From positions 2,728,001 to 2,792,000 of the forward strand of contig CM007991.1 of the NCBI GenBank assembly GCA_002189035.1: 64,000 nt of DNA, read 5' to 3'. A model generated the notes under the pieces. The model searched no databases. It was not told the origin of the DNA and was given only the letters and a program-made list of their open reading frames with translations. The DNA is from Utricularia gibba (lineage: Eukaryota > Plantae > Magnoliophyta). Both the position numbers and the translations under genes were made by a program. Every line of letters starts with the position of its first letter. The first letter of the stretch is position 1. Of the stretch, positions 1-13,512 are shown one piece after another.

Positions 1-63
1 GTTTTGCGAGCTCAGTTCTCACGAACCAATGTTTTAATGGGAACTGTAGTTTCCACATTCTAA

Positions 64-3000
64 ATGGACAAGAGCAATGTAGCAGTGGGAGAAAGTTCTC
101 CAGCTTCTGCAACAAAATCCACAGTGTCGCATGTCCCCGTTGGCTCTATTGCTATAGACATCAGTTGCCCGGTGGAAGAAACGGAGCAAGCTCAACACGA
201 TCATTTTTCGATACGGTGCGTGATTCTTCATTTTGCTGAGATTGTAGAAGAGGGGAATGAAACATCTACCATATGAGGTGTTGGCTTCTCTTTCTTTCTT
301 TCTTGGTTTCCCTCGAGGAAACTGGCATGGTTTGAGAAATTTCTGTTGTGCATCGAATTCGAATATTTCTTGATAAAGTGCACTTATCTCAATCTTTGTA
401 TGATAGCCACCTTGAAAGGTTGCAAGAGTTGATATGCTCTGATTTGGATGAACTAAACTCTTATCAGTAGATGAATGCTGTTACAAGAAATAGCTCTGAC
501 ATGAGCTTATCTAACTTGGAGCCTTTGTCTATGAGGATGCAGTGGTTTTGTGGCTGGCGTGAGGAAGAAGAACATGAAGATGTGCTCTCTTTTCCCTTCT
601 GAACTCGGGAATGATATATTGGCAAACGATCTGCCGATGCTGTTGGTTCCCAAGTTCCGTTGGTGGCAATGTTCAGAGTGCGTTCCAGGACTCAGTTCTT
701 CAGAAACGGTGCGAATTAACCGGAACCATAATGCTTCCACCAGTTCTTACCACAATGCCGGTAAAAAAGGCTGTCCTTTTAACACTGGAACAGACAAATG
801 ATCAGTATACTCATTACAAAAGAAAATGATCCAGTTGCTGCTATTACAATCATCTGATCATGCTTTTTTGTTTCCAAATGGTTGCTGTAACTTTTGGGAT
901 CCTTCTGCAGGCAATAAGAAGCAGGCAGATGATAGTATGGCCGAAGAAAAGCAACACGATAATAGTAAGAATCTATCATACATGTTGAACTTTTCAAGCT
1001 GACTTGAAGGTTCAAGGCTTGTAGTAACAAACAATACTCCCTTTAGCAGATGCTGTCGATACAGCGTGCCGTTCCACTGGAGTTGATGGCCCTGAAAACG
1101 GATCCTCCGGAAGTGAAGGTGGATTTGCTGCAATACCGCCTAGGAGAAAGCTGAAGTTGAGGTATTTAGCAGATATATTGGAGGAGGGAAAGAACTCAGC
1201 AAGTGGGAATCTGAGAGCAGGATCTGCTTCGTCTAATGGAACACGCACAACATCTCTCACATTGGAGGATGATTTTAAGTTGCATGTTCTTTCAGAGGGT
1301 AGAAAAAGAGCACGAACTGTGCGGAGAAAAAAGAGGGCTGCTTCCATAGATGGAGAGGGGACTGGAGATCCAACTGATGCTGCTAAAAGATTGAAAAGGC
1401 ATGTTTCAGAGAAATCATCCAAGAGATTACAAGTTTCTGAATCAGAGGCAGAGACAGTTGCCTCCACAAGATTGGACTTGCAATATAGCTCAAGGAAAAA
1501 GCAGCTTATGACCAAGAAAAGCAACATTGTGCATACAACGAAAAGGAAAAGGCTGGTTAAAAATGACCCCAGATCAGTGGTTATGCGAACTGCCACCAAT
1601 TTAGGAAAGCATCTCGCTGCTTATGAATCTGGTTCTGGTAGTATGGTGCCGGGTGCTTCTATCTGTGGAGAAGAAACCGCTCCCTTGCTCAATGGAAACC
1701 ATGAATTATCAGATAGCAAAACAGCTAATGCTGCATCTTTCGATAGCTCTGGGGTGTCACCAAATACTAGCATCTCTGGACATTGCAATACACAAGACAA
1801 AGTAACATTGGACCTCTCTCTGGACAGCCATGGCAATGTCGAAAGAAACACTTCGAATGAGAATGAACAGCCATTCGTTGATCATAGGGGCATTCCAGAT
1901 TTGAATGAGGCAATTGTTGATTCACCTTCAGCAATTCAGGAGAGTCAGTTGCCTCCCTTTTCTGAGAAGAGTTTCCCTGAAAAAAAATGGGTATGCCAAG
2001 TTAACTTGTGCATGATATGCCCTTTTAACTACTGATTATCTCGTGTGAATTCAAAATAGTGTCAGCTCTCTCATCTTTAGTTAACTGGAATATATATTAA
2101 TTGTTTCAGGGCATGTCCACATTTGCGAGTGAGGCAGATGTGGTAGGAGGCCAAGATGTCTCCCAGCTGCGTTCTGTCAAAAGCAAGGATGATGATGTAG
2201 AGCTTCAGGGAACTTCCGATGACATCCCAATGGAAATAGTTGAGCTTCTAGCTAAGAATCAACAAGAAAGAATATCTGCAAACTCAAAGCAACATCTTCT
2301 TCCAGACGCTATGCCGAGTTCTAGTGGCAGATATGCTGAAGCTTGCAATGGGATGATCAACCTCCCTAATTCTAGCAGCACGGTTATTGCTGATCAGAAT
2401 ACTGCATTCAGCGGAGGTATCATTAGCTTCCCTCAGGGGAAATATTTTCAGTTTGAAGCAAGCAAACAAAGGGCAAACCACTTCAGGCTTTTTACCCCCC
2501 ATGCAGCAAGCCAACAGCGGAATATCATCACAGAGCCACCAGGAGAAAAGAATTCACCTTTCAGTGTAGCGGTTGGCCAGAAATGCATCACTCAGCCAAA
2601 TGGCTTTTTCCAACGTTCATTCCCTGACCAAAGCTGTAAGGGCAGAGGTATACGGGACATGAATGGTGTGGAGAAGGCAAATAGGAATGATGCATCTACA
2701 TTCAAAGATGGGAGGACTCCTAGTACCCCAGTTTCAAGTGTTGCTATCCCGGCAATGCAGTTGCTTTCTTTGGCAAATCAGAGAACTGCATCCAGCCTGC
2801 CGTTTCAGGTTGGGTACAGCAGTCTTCCTGATAAACCATCTTCTCAGAATCTATGCGAAAAACAGAATCATCTGCTCCTCGGATCGCCAGTCTTTTCACC
2901 AGGCATCCACCCACGGAACTTCCAACCTCTGCTCAGTGGGGCATCGTTTTCTGGTGGAGGGTTCAGCAGACCTTATTTACATGGTAAACATTTCCTGCAA

Positions 3001-3408
3001 TATTCTTATCAAGATTTTCTTTGCTAACAAGATAGTCCCCTTTCGTCGTAGCCTTATTTATGGTGTGTTTGTGTAGCTCAAATGCTTGTCCAGCAGAGGT
3101 GCTCTGGAAATGATCACTCTGCTGATAGAAGCATTCACGACCTACCAACGAAGGATCCATCGTTGCAACTTTGCGTTCTGAATCAGAATCCAGCAGATTT
3201 CACCATTATCGATGCTAGAAATGAGTACACTATAACCGCCAGAGACTTGAAATCTAAAAACAAACAAAGATTGCCCCCAGTTACAGAGGAGCTCCCGAAG
3301 AAGAAATGGGTCAGAAGGAACCTCTCAAGAGATCAAGATGCTGCCCTTGACGATGCCCAGACTTACAGGAACGTTCTGAAGCAGCATAAAAGTAAGAACG
3401 CAAGATAA
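64..3408 (+). CDS. EMF1: EMBRYONIC FLOWER 1-like protein (6 exons)
   Basis: Hand-spliced GT-AG exons ~64-215, 543-760, 911-964, 1050-1990, 2110-2983, 3077-3408 with consistent phases. EMF1-type motifs: HFSIR|GFVAGVRKKN, RRKLKLRYLADIL, DDIPMEIVELLAKNQ, and C-terminal CVLNQNPADFTIID. Confidence 0.8.
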
Positions 3409-3957
3409 AACACTCCCAAAAGGTTTGCCTATGAAAATATGGAACTTCGGAGCACCCCAGACCTTGAATGGTCTGCTTCTGCCATTTCAAAGCAGAAGCA
3501 GCTTTTTTCTTCTGGTCTGAGGCACCTCCTAGTGTCTTCACTGTGCGGAAACTTGTGCCATTTAGGACCATTGCTTATTTGTAGCTGTAAGGCAATTATG
3601 CTTTTAAACATAAATAAAATGAAAGCTTCGCTTTTGACAGCCCAGAAACAAAATAGCTTTTTGAAAGCAGAGAACTAGCAGCGCCTGGACTACCATGGAA
3701 GATGAAAGTGCCTCGGCTCCTACATGGGAATACAATCTGTTATCTCTGTTTTATGTGTAGGAATCGAGTATGGGATCCTCCTCCTCAAGGACTCTGTAAG
3801 TGCCCAATCATATATAACATGAGTCACAGGTAGGCAGTTGGTAAAAGTTTTGTTTACTTATACTGTGAACCAAGTTCAGTTGTACATATTGATTGTATCA
3901 GACTAAGAGAGCAAGAGACTCAAAACTCCTCTTCCTCAGCCACCTGCACGTCGCTCT

Positions 3958-6055
3958 TCAGGGGCCGTAGGCAGCACTGCAGACAAGAAAGTATATGGTA
4001 TTGGCGGCGCTCAGCCCAGCAAGCAACAGGTAGTAGTAGTCATAGTGGCCCTTATTAATATCACTAGAGATCCAGCTCTCTTTTCCATCTGCTTTTGTCA
4101 CTTTGTCAATGGTGTTCATGATAAAGCTTGCCGCAAGACTTCCTACTGCTGATCCAATTCCTATCAAGCTGGAGGCGATGCTTGACATACTCTGCGGGAA
4201 CTCAGAAAAGTAGAACTCAATCAGCCCGATGCCACTGGACGCCTCGGCAAATCCATTCAAGCAGTACTGAGGTATGAGCCACAGGGCTGACATGCGCCCC
4301 GGAGACTGCAATACATCTAGGAACCCATTCTTGCCAGCAATATATCTTCGAGTAGCCTCAACGATGGAGGAGACCATCATTGCCAAAAAGGAGAGGAGTA
4401 TCCCTATTCCCATTTTAGCTTTTGAACTGACACGAACTTCTGATCCTCTGAGTCTTGATGCTAAAGGAATGAACACTCGATTCTGGACTATGATCCAAAC
4501 CACGGCAGCTATCACTACAAATATACCGAAAGATGAGGCTGGGATCGAAAAGCTGGAGGTTATGTGTCTGTCCATTGCAGTGGCTTGAACCAGTGGGATG
4601 GTACTCTGGGTTTGGTCTATTGACAAGATCATCGCCGTGGACCATATGGGGATGGTTCGGATCAGGACCTTGAGCTCCTCAACCTGCTCAACTGTGCACA
4701 GGCTCCATGGATCTTTGGCTTCTCCATCGCTGGTTAAGTCCTCAGGCTCCCTGATGACGCAGGCCTTGTTCAGACACCTAAAAACATCAACCATTTATGT
4801 AAGTGGTATGTTTTATTGGCAGGAAAGAAATCAAGGTGAAAGACACGACATACATCAGTCTCCTACTCGGTTGTGCTTCCTTCTTGCAATGGAATGTGTA
4901 ACTGGTACCATCCGACCATTTCAGATGTCGATTTCTGTATGAAGCCACGACAGCTTGAGCTAAGCCGGTTAGCAGGTTGGATTCGCTCTGTAACTTCACG
5001 TAAGACGAGGAAGCAACAAAGAAAGTTGCTGCGCCGCATAAGGTAAGAAGGGTGGACGCAGCAAATTCCATTCCCCATCCCAACTTCTCTTGAATGTACG
5101 CAATGCACACCAAGGATAAGAATGCAGACAGTGCCACAGCTGCATAATACAGCACAAAGAACTTCTGCTTCATGCCTGGCTTCGACTTAGATTCATCCTT
5201 CTGCTGCAGCTGATCAACTCCGAAGGCTAGAAAACAGGAATGTGCAGCACCGGATCCCACCGAGATCAGCCCAAATGATAAAAAGAGATACATGAGCTGC
5301 CACACAGTGGAACCACCGCAGATCCCATCCGACGGATCACATGCAAGCGGCCTTGCTTGAGGGATTATAGCCGTTAGCCATAGAAGACACATCCCCTTAA
5401 ATCCACAACAGATCAGGAACATATGAAGGGAAAATATTTCAACACTAAAAGAACAGAATCTCATTGGTTATGTAGTTTAGTTTACCAAAATGGAAACAAG
5501 AAATCCAAATCCAATGGTGTAGAACCTGCCCAAAAAAGAATCTGCAAGCAGGGCCCCAAAATAGGGCATCATATCTGAGACTGTTGACCACACAAACATG
5601 ACGTTGGAAGCGCTCTTCATTTCCATGTTATACTCGTTCATCAAATACAGAGAAATGTTTGCCCTCATTCCCAACGTAGCCATGTTGTATAGTGTGAAGC
5701 TACCTGTTGTAACAGAGATTTTACGCATGCTGAAAAATTTAACTCCCACAAAAAAAAAAAAAAAGACAAACTGTGTAGATTTAAAGTCAACCCCCAGAAG
5801 AAAATGGAAACATGTAACTGCAACCGCAAGAACGCCATGATCAATTACAAAAGTAATCTCGAAACTGAAGGTTAGAGAAAGTAAGACACGACGAGTAAAA
5901 CGATGAAAGTGCGTCAGTGAAACAACGAAACAAAAGCGAAAGGAAGACTTTTTACCAAGGATGAAGAGTAAAACTCTGAAGCCACCCCTGTTGGTGTTCG
6001 CATATTTCTCCACCAAGAGAGGATCTTCCAACGTTGGCTCCACTGAGTTCCCCAT
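3958..6055 (-). CDS. NRT1/PTR family (NPF) transporter, NPF1-like (4 exons)
   Basis: Exons 6055-5956, 5703-5486, 5395-4854, 4777-3958. NPF motifs RGGFRVLLFIL, FGVDQL, CLNKAC, WSLCTVEQVEELK, WLIPQY, EFYFSEFPQSMSS, INKGHYDYYY. Confidence 0.92.
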
Positions 6056-6348
6056 CCCCAGTTCAAATTCGGTTTTCTTTTTCGCACCCCTGAAAAGAAA
6101 AGTGGAGAAAACAGACGTTCCAGTAGTCAAAGCCCGCAGATGGCAAAGCAAACCCGCGAACTCCCTCAAATAAACTGCTTTCTTTCGCCCTCCCAGTCCC
6201 CACGTACATGAGAGCCAGATCCCGCGTACACGAGAGTCAAATCCCGTCGTACAGAGTTCCTATTTCACTGGTCATTTCTACTGTGACTGCACAGAGTAAC
6301 TAATTCACACGATGGGTATACAATTCATTTCAATCCAGCAAGTAAAAT

Positions 6349-6494
6349 CAAAGGCCTCGTCTCAACACGATACCATAAGCCATAAAATTGGGTGGGAGAA
6401 AAAGATCGAAACTTCAGGGTTCATGACTACTGAACCAAAGGCCTCATGTCAACACCTTGCATACGCCATAAAATCGGGTGGGACAAAAAGATCG
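6349..6494. repeat. Diverged direct repeat, two ~60-bp units, 87-bp period
   Basis: caaaggcctc...gccataaaattgggtgggagaaaaagatcg (6349-6408) vs caaaggcctc...gccataaaatcgggtgggacaaaaagatcg (6436-6494). Confidence 0.8.
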
Positions 6495-6978
6495 TACAGA
6501 GTCCAAAACCTCATTAAATACAAGTATGCCGGCCAGATAAATTCAAACACCTACGGAGGCTACAGATGCTGTCAAACTCCCAAATGTGATATATGAGGTA
6601 AAGATTTCACTCACAAAGTACTCAGTTCAATATCTATATGGACCACTTGGCAATGAAGGGGGAGATGTGACCCTGTGGAATTATTAAAAAACATTCCTTA
6701 GCCTTTAAGAGTTGCTGCCTTGCGTCATCGCATGCGACAGCACACACTCAAATAATAGAAAAAAGAAGTGTTTTGAGATATTATTCATGTCATCAATATG
6801 ACACAAAACAACACAAGGTGAACAGAAAAAGCACTGGGGAGTGAACGTTGCCTTCAAGGTGATGACTGGAGCACAACCAGCAAGACATCAACCCAGAAAA
6901 ATCCTAAAAGGAAAAATATAACGAAAGCTCCAAGCCTGCGTCCCACGACTGCTGCCGAGGGGTCGTGGCTTGGAGCCA

Positions 6979-9825
6979 TCACACTAAAAAATGAAGCAAA
7001 CGGGGATCTGCGTGCTGCGGAAGTCCTGTTCTTGCCCCCAAAGATCGGCATTTTATTGCAGCCTGAAATTTCGTAACGGCCAGTGAGAATCCATTAATAC
7101 ATACGCGATGTTTATTGAAGAGAGAGCTACACCAACCACTTGAGAAGCAAAAGGCAGCATCTTCTCCGGCGGCATGGCTGTGCACAGAGCTGCAAAGTTT
7201 TAAAAATGTCAACAGATGAAAATGGTTGACTGTTGTTCCGGCATTTCCAGACGGCGACCTGAGAGTTCTACTGGGTGGGGGAGGGTGGGTGTGTGGATCT
7301 TCACAAGAAAAGAAGGCTGTGGTTTTTCTGCCAACATGTAGGTGCATACACAAGAGAAATGTGTAAAACTGACCATAGAGGACCGCTCCAATGAATGCAT
7401 CACCCGCACCAGTGGTGTCAACGAGTTCATGTGCTGGAATCTTCTCAGCTGTTCCTATCAGAAGTCTTCCACTCACAGAACCTACTCCTTTTGCTTGCAG
7501 CTTCACAGTGCCCTGCAGAATTAAAGGTTATGTTTTCATGTAAATACATGGATGCATCGCCAGGTACATGTCTTCCATCATTCTGCTTCTGAACTCTAAC
7601 AAGTTGTTCGAGTGTCTAGTATCCTTGTTCTATACCAGCTTATGAAGCGTGTCTAAATTTGGACTTAATAAAAGTACGTGGAATAGAGAGGACAAATCTG
7701 GGGTGTTCAGTTTAGAAAATAAAGAATAAAACTGAAAGCTTGAGCATTTAGAAAAGTAAAAGCTAGGAAAGACGGACATAATTACCGATGTCACACACGA
7801 AGGCAATAGTGAGCTACTATTGATCTGTAATTTCAGAGACTCCAATAATTCATCAATGTCATGTTCTTCATGATGTGCATTATCTGCAGAGAGACCAAGA
7901 AAAATATCAATGCAATATAGCTTACTCGTTCATCTCTCTATAAACCATGAAAAAGAAGTTGACAAGGCATATTATCCATGTACCAGTTGACCTGTCTAGC
8001 ATCAGACAACCATCTTGACCTAATGTGACCACTACAAATTTGATATTTGGAAGCTTTATCATTAGATCAACAAGAGCAATTTGGATAGAGGGTGCTCCCG
8101 TCAATGCCTGTAAAATTGAAAATCAAACCTTCAATCTCATGCCTATGCTAGGGGAAGTCTAATTTCACACCCAGGAATGATGCCATCTATTGTCTAGACT
8201 TAAGTTCATGAAGCATATTTTAAGGTATCAGAAAACAGGCCTGTGGAAACTTCTTTGAGCATACGAGGTAACTTGCAAATTTCAGAAGATCATCCAACCC
8301 TTCTCTCTTCTTTTCAGCATCAAGAAGAATAGGAATGCCTCTGCAAGTTGCCTGCACTGGAAAATCATCGTATTTTTGGTTCAACTGAATGAAGAGAATT
8401 GAAAATCCGCAGTACCAAAAACATATTATAAAAAACAGCGTGACCTCTTGAGCCACAACTAAAGCAGTTTCGTATAGCCTTCCATCAAAATGGACCAGTC
8501 TTGCTCCATCTAATGCAGCTAGCAACTTTGTTTCTGTTAGTTCATCAGGGTGCATTGGAGGATATCCAGGAGTATGAATACAGGTTCGAGTTTTCCTGAT
8601 GATGCCCCACAACAGTAGCATGCGGATAAGCACAAGAAATGAGGGAATGGTTTCGTACAACGTTGTAAGCATACTTTACTTAACAGGTCTAAAATAGAAC
8701 AACACATATTTGGCCTGTATATCAGAATTTTATCAAAAAATATACCATAAGCTAGACATGCACAGCATCTCATACCAAAATGTGATTTACGTGGTGTACG
8801 TAAAATAATATAGGAACAGTCAATCGTAGATCAACAATTCATGTTATCGAAAAAAAGATTAAATGGAGAGTTGGATGCATAATCTCACGTTTGGTCATCA
8901 ACAATGACATAAGTAAATGGAGAGTTGCCACCTTCAGACACCTGAGGACAAGGAAAATTCGTCAAAATAATCACTCAAGTGAACTTTATAGTACTAAATA
9001 AAAGAAAAAAAAAAAGAAACAGAGAAAAACAACAGAGCTTACAAAAATAAAAAATAAGAACACCATTATCCAATCTTACAGCAATAAAGGATGAATCCAC
9101 ACCATCAGCCTCTAGCTCCTCTAATATTATTTTACCTTGGGGATCATCAGCAACCTAATCAACATACGCCTTCATTTCAACTGTCCCATTCGATCCATTA
9201 ACCTCCAGTCACCCCAGGAAGATGTAAAAAAAGAAAAATAATAATAATAACTTGAAAAAAAAAGACAGCAGACCTTGGAAATAAGCCTTGGTTTCATACC
9301 CAATCGAGCAAGGCAAGTCATTGTATTCCCCACATTTCCTCCACCTAGAATCTATTTATTCCAACAATACGAAGTTCATTAAAGCGACTCAGCAAATGAA
9401 AGCTTCAATAAAACAAGTCGAAGCTACAGTACCTTGGCGTTGGTGGTTCTAATCTTATCATCCGGCTCAGGGTAAGAAGCAACAACCGCCACAAAATCAA
9501 CAGAAACAGCCCCACAACCCAACTGCAAATCCACCAACGCCCCATGTGGATTCAAAAAAACAAGAAGCAACAAAGACAAAGGGAAAAAACGCTAAAATAG
9601 CAAAATTTACGATGATGCGATTGTCGGAGAGAGGAGGTAGTGCGCCGGAGGACATACTAAACCTGCAAGAAGAACAGAAAGAATGTGTCACGAAAATTCA
9701 GCTTCCAGATGTGGAAACCGCACCATCATGATCCTTAACCTTGGAGAAAATGAAGAATAAGAGGGGACGGTTTGACGCTTGAAGAGAGCAGCAGAACTCG
9801 GAGCAAGCGGTGAATGGAGACTCAT
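6979..9825 (-). CDS. pfkB-family carbohydrate kinase (ketohexokinase/ribokinase-like), with putative transit peptide, ~13 exons
   Basis: Exons give GGGNVGNTMTCLARLG, KTRTCIHTPG, VVVTLGQDG and the pfkB signature DTTGAGDAFIG. An upstream Ser/Ala-rich exon (MSLHSPLAPSSAALFKRQ..., ATG 9825) splices in frame to FSMSSGALPP. Confidence 0.9.
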
Positions 9826-11889
9826 AACTGACGATTCACGAACGCTGTTAGGCAGCTGATCGGATCATCCCCAAGCCATCCATGTATTTCTTTCCTTTAA
9901 AAATTTTTTTGAAGGAAATTATTTTCTTCTTAGGTGGACAGGAGGGTTGGGCTTCAAATTGGGCCAGATGGAACAATAATAAGCCCGGATCGTCTCTTCT
10001 TGTCCCCCCAATCTGCAACAGCATTACATCTTCATTGTGTAGGGTTCCGATTTCCGAATCAGTTTCTAGGTATCATCTCTTTTCTCTTGAGTTGCCCCTC
10101 AGCGTCATTTGGTTTTCCCGCTCGTTTCCACCAGCGCCAATTTGTACGGCTATGTTGGAATCCAGGTGCGATAGGGCCAAGCCACTGGCATTCTTACTGA
10201 GATCTACTACGACTCGCTAGCATTTGAGAGTAGTGCAGCGGCAGCGGGTAGGAGAATTACGTTGCAGTCATGGTGCGTATTCGCACTCGCTGCTGAAGGC
10301 ATACGCAAAGGATGTATGTCTGAATATATGGCGTTTGCGGTACGCAGCAACTCGAAATGGTCATAGACGCGGTAGCTTCCGATGTAGAATCCATGCGTTG
10401 GGAGTGGTGTACGAAACGACGTCGTTCAAGCAATCTTCCGTATGCTCCTTTTTATCCCTCCTATTCCTAGTTGACTTTTATCTTACTTTCTGCTTCCGGT
10501 GGGCCGTTATTTATATGGCCCAAACTCCAGGCCCAATACATGATACCAATTGCTCTCCCCCTTTTTCATTATTATATTTTAAATAATGAAAAAGACAATG
10601 GGCGTGGGGACAGTGCGAAAAAGACTGATCCAGGTGAGGCCTACCCTAAATTGGGTCACAGAAACTGTATCCTAAATCCGTGTTACGGGACCAGCCCAAC
10701 TGGAAAGGAGATATTAGGGGACCATTTTAAGTTAATGGGCAGGCAGGCAGGCAGGGAGGCAGAGGAAGGAAGTGGCCCTGCGCCTGGCCCTCTCACTTTG
10801 TGGACCAAACATGTGACAACAGCGGATAGAGATTTAACATCACAAAGAAAAAGTACCACTTCTGGGGATTCACAATCATTAGTCGACACACCAATCAAAA
10901 AGAGCATAACACAAAAGAAAAAAAAAGTACCAAAGTTTATTTTCCACTGTGCTTAGGACAGACAATTACTACTCCCAGCCTTGTGCCAAAGTACGCATTC
11001 CCTATAACTAACCAACCGCACATGGGAAGCATCCACGGCATAAATGAAACAGCTCTGGGATTCAATTTCAAAGTATACTCATGCTCTGGTATCATTTCAC
11101 AGTAATAACACGACGACGACAGCAACAACAAACTGATGATAATAAGAAGACGAAGAAGGGGGGAGTCATTTAAAGAGGGGGAGGGGAGGGGGTAGAAGTA
11201 AAGGATTGCAGGCGTACTTGGGAAGAGAGTAAATGTGATCAGTTGAGGGAGGAGGGGAGTGCGGTGACGCCATGAGGGGCGGCGTGAACAAACAATGCTC
11301 AATAATGCAGCAGGCAGGCTCACGAGTTGTTTGAGTCCGTGGCCTTGCAGTGCAGTCACGGAGTGAATGCAGCAGAGCTACGCACGCGTATTCAAAGCCA
11401 ACAATCACTGAGGCGAGTCCACCGTAGCGGCGTCTCCCACATACATTCAATGCCGAGCTCTAATAATAATCAATGCCAACTTAAGCAAATGGAAAATTAG
11501 GGGTTAGTGCATAACATTTGGCCAAAATTGAAAATAGCAGACTAGATCCAATTTTAAAGTAACTTTTTTACTCCAAAGTTTAAAAAAAGAAACTTGGATA
11601 GTAGCATACTTGTTATACAAACTTTCTGGGATTGCCAATTTTAGGTATATATCCATGGAACAGCAACTGGTGTATTGAAGACAAATATAATGGCCAAACG
11701 GTCATGCATACAAGGCAATGCCACTACACAATTTGGGTACACATTGCAGGAGCCGCACAGGCAATATGTTACTGAGTCAAAGATGCTCAGAGCAGCTTCA
11801 ATCCAAGTGAAATGACACAAAACACTCAGAGAAAGAGTTAAGCAGGACCCTCCACGTGCCACAACTGAAATATACATGTACAGCGCACC

Positions 11890-13512
<1,623 letters not shown>

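Noticed and set aside
1012-1599. 195-aa minus-strand ORF
   Set aside because: Antisense shadow of EMF1 exon 4 with no recognisable motif.
11080-11095. TGATACCAGAGC resembling the tRNA-Met primer-binding site of LTR retrotransposons
   Set aside because: Two mismatches to TGGTATCAGAGC, with no adjacent LTR or gag/pol sequence.
10590-11460. Possible miRNA precursor or ENOD40-like RNA (partial matches to miR408 and ENOD40 region II)
   Set aside because: Only 8-14-nt partial matches, with no full mature sequence or convincing hairpin by eye. An Rfam/miRBase search would settle it.
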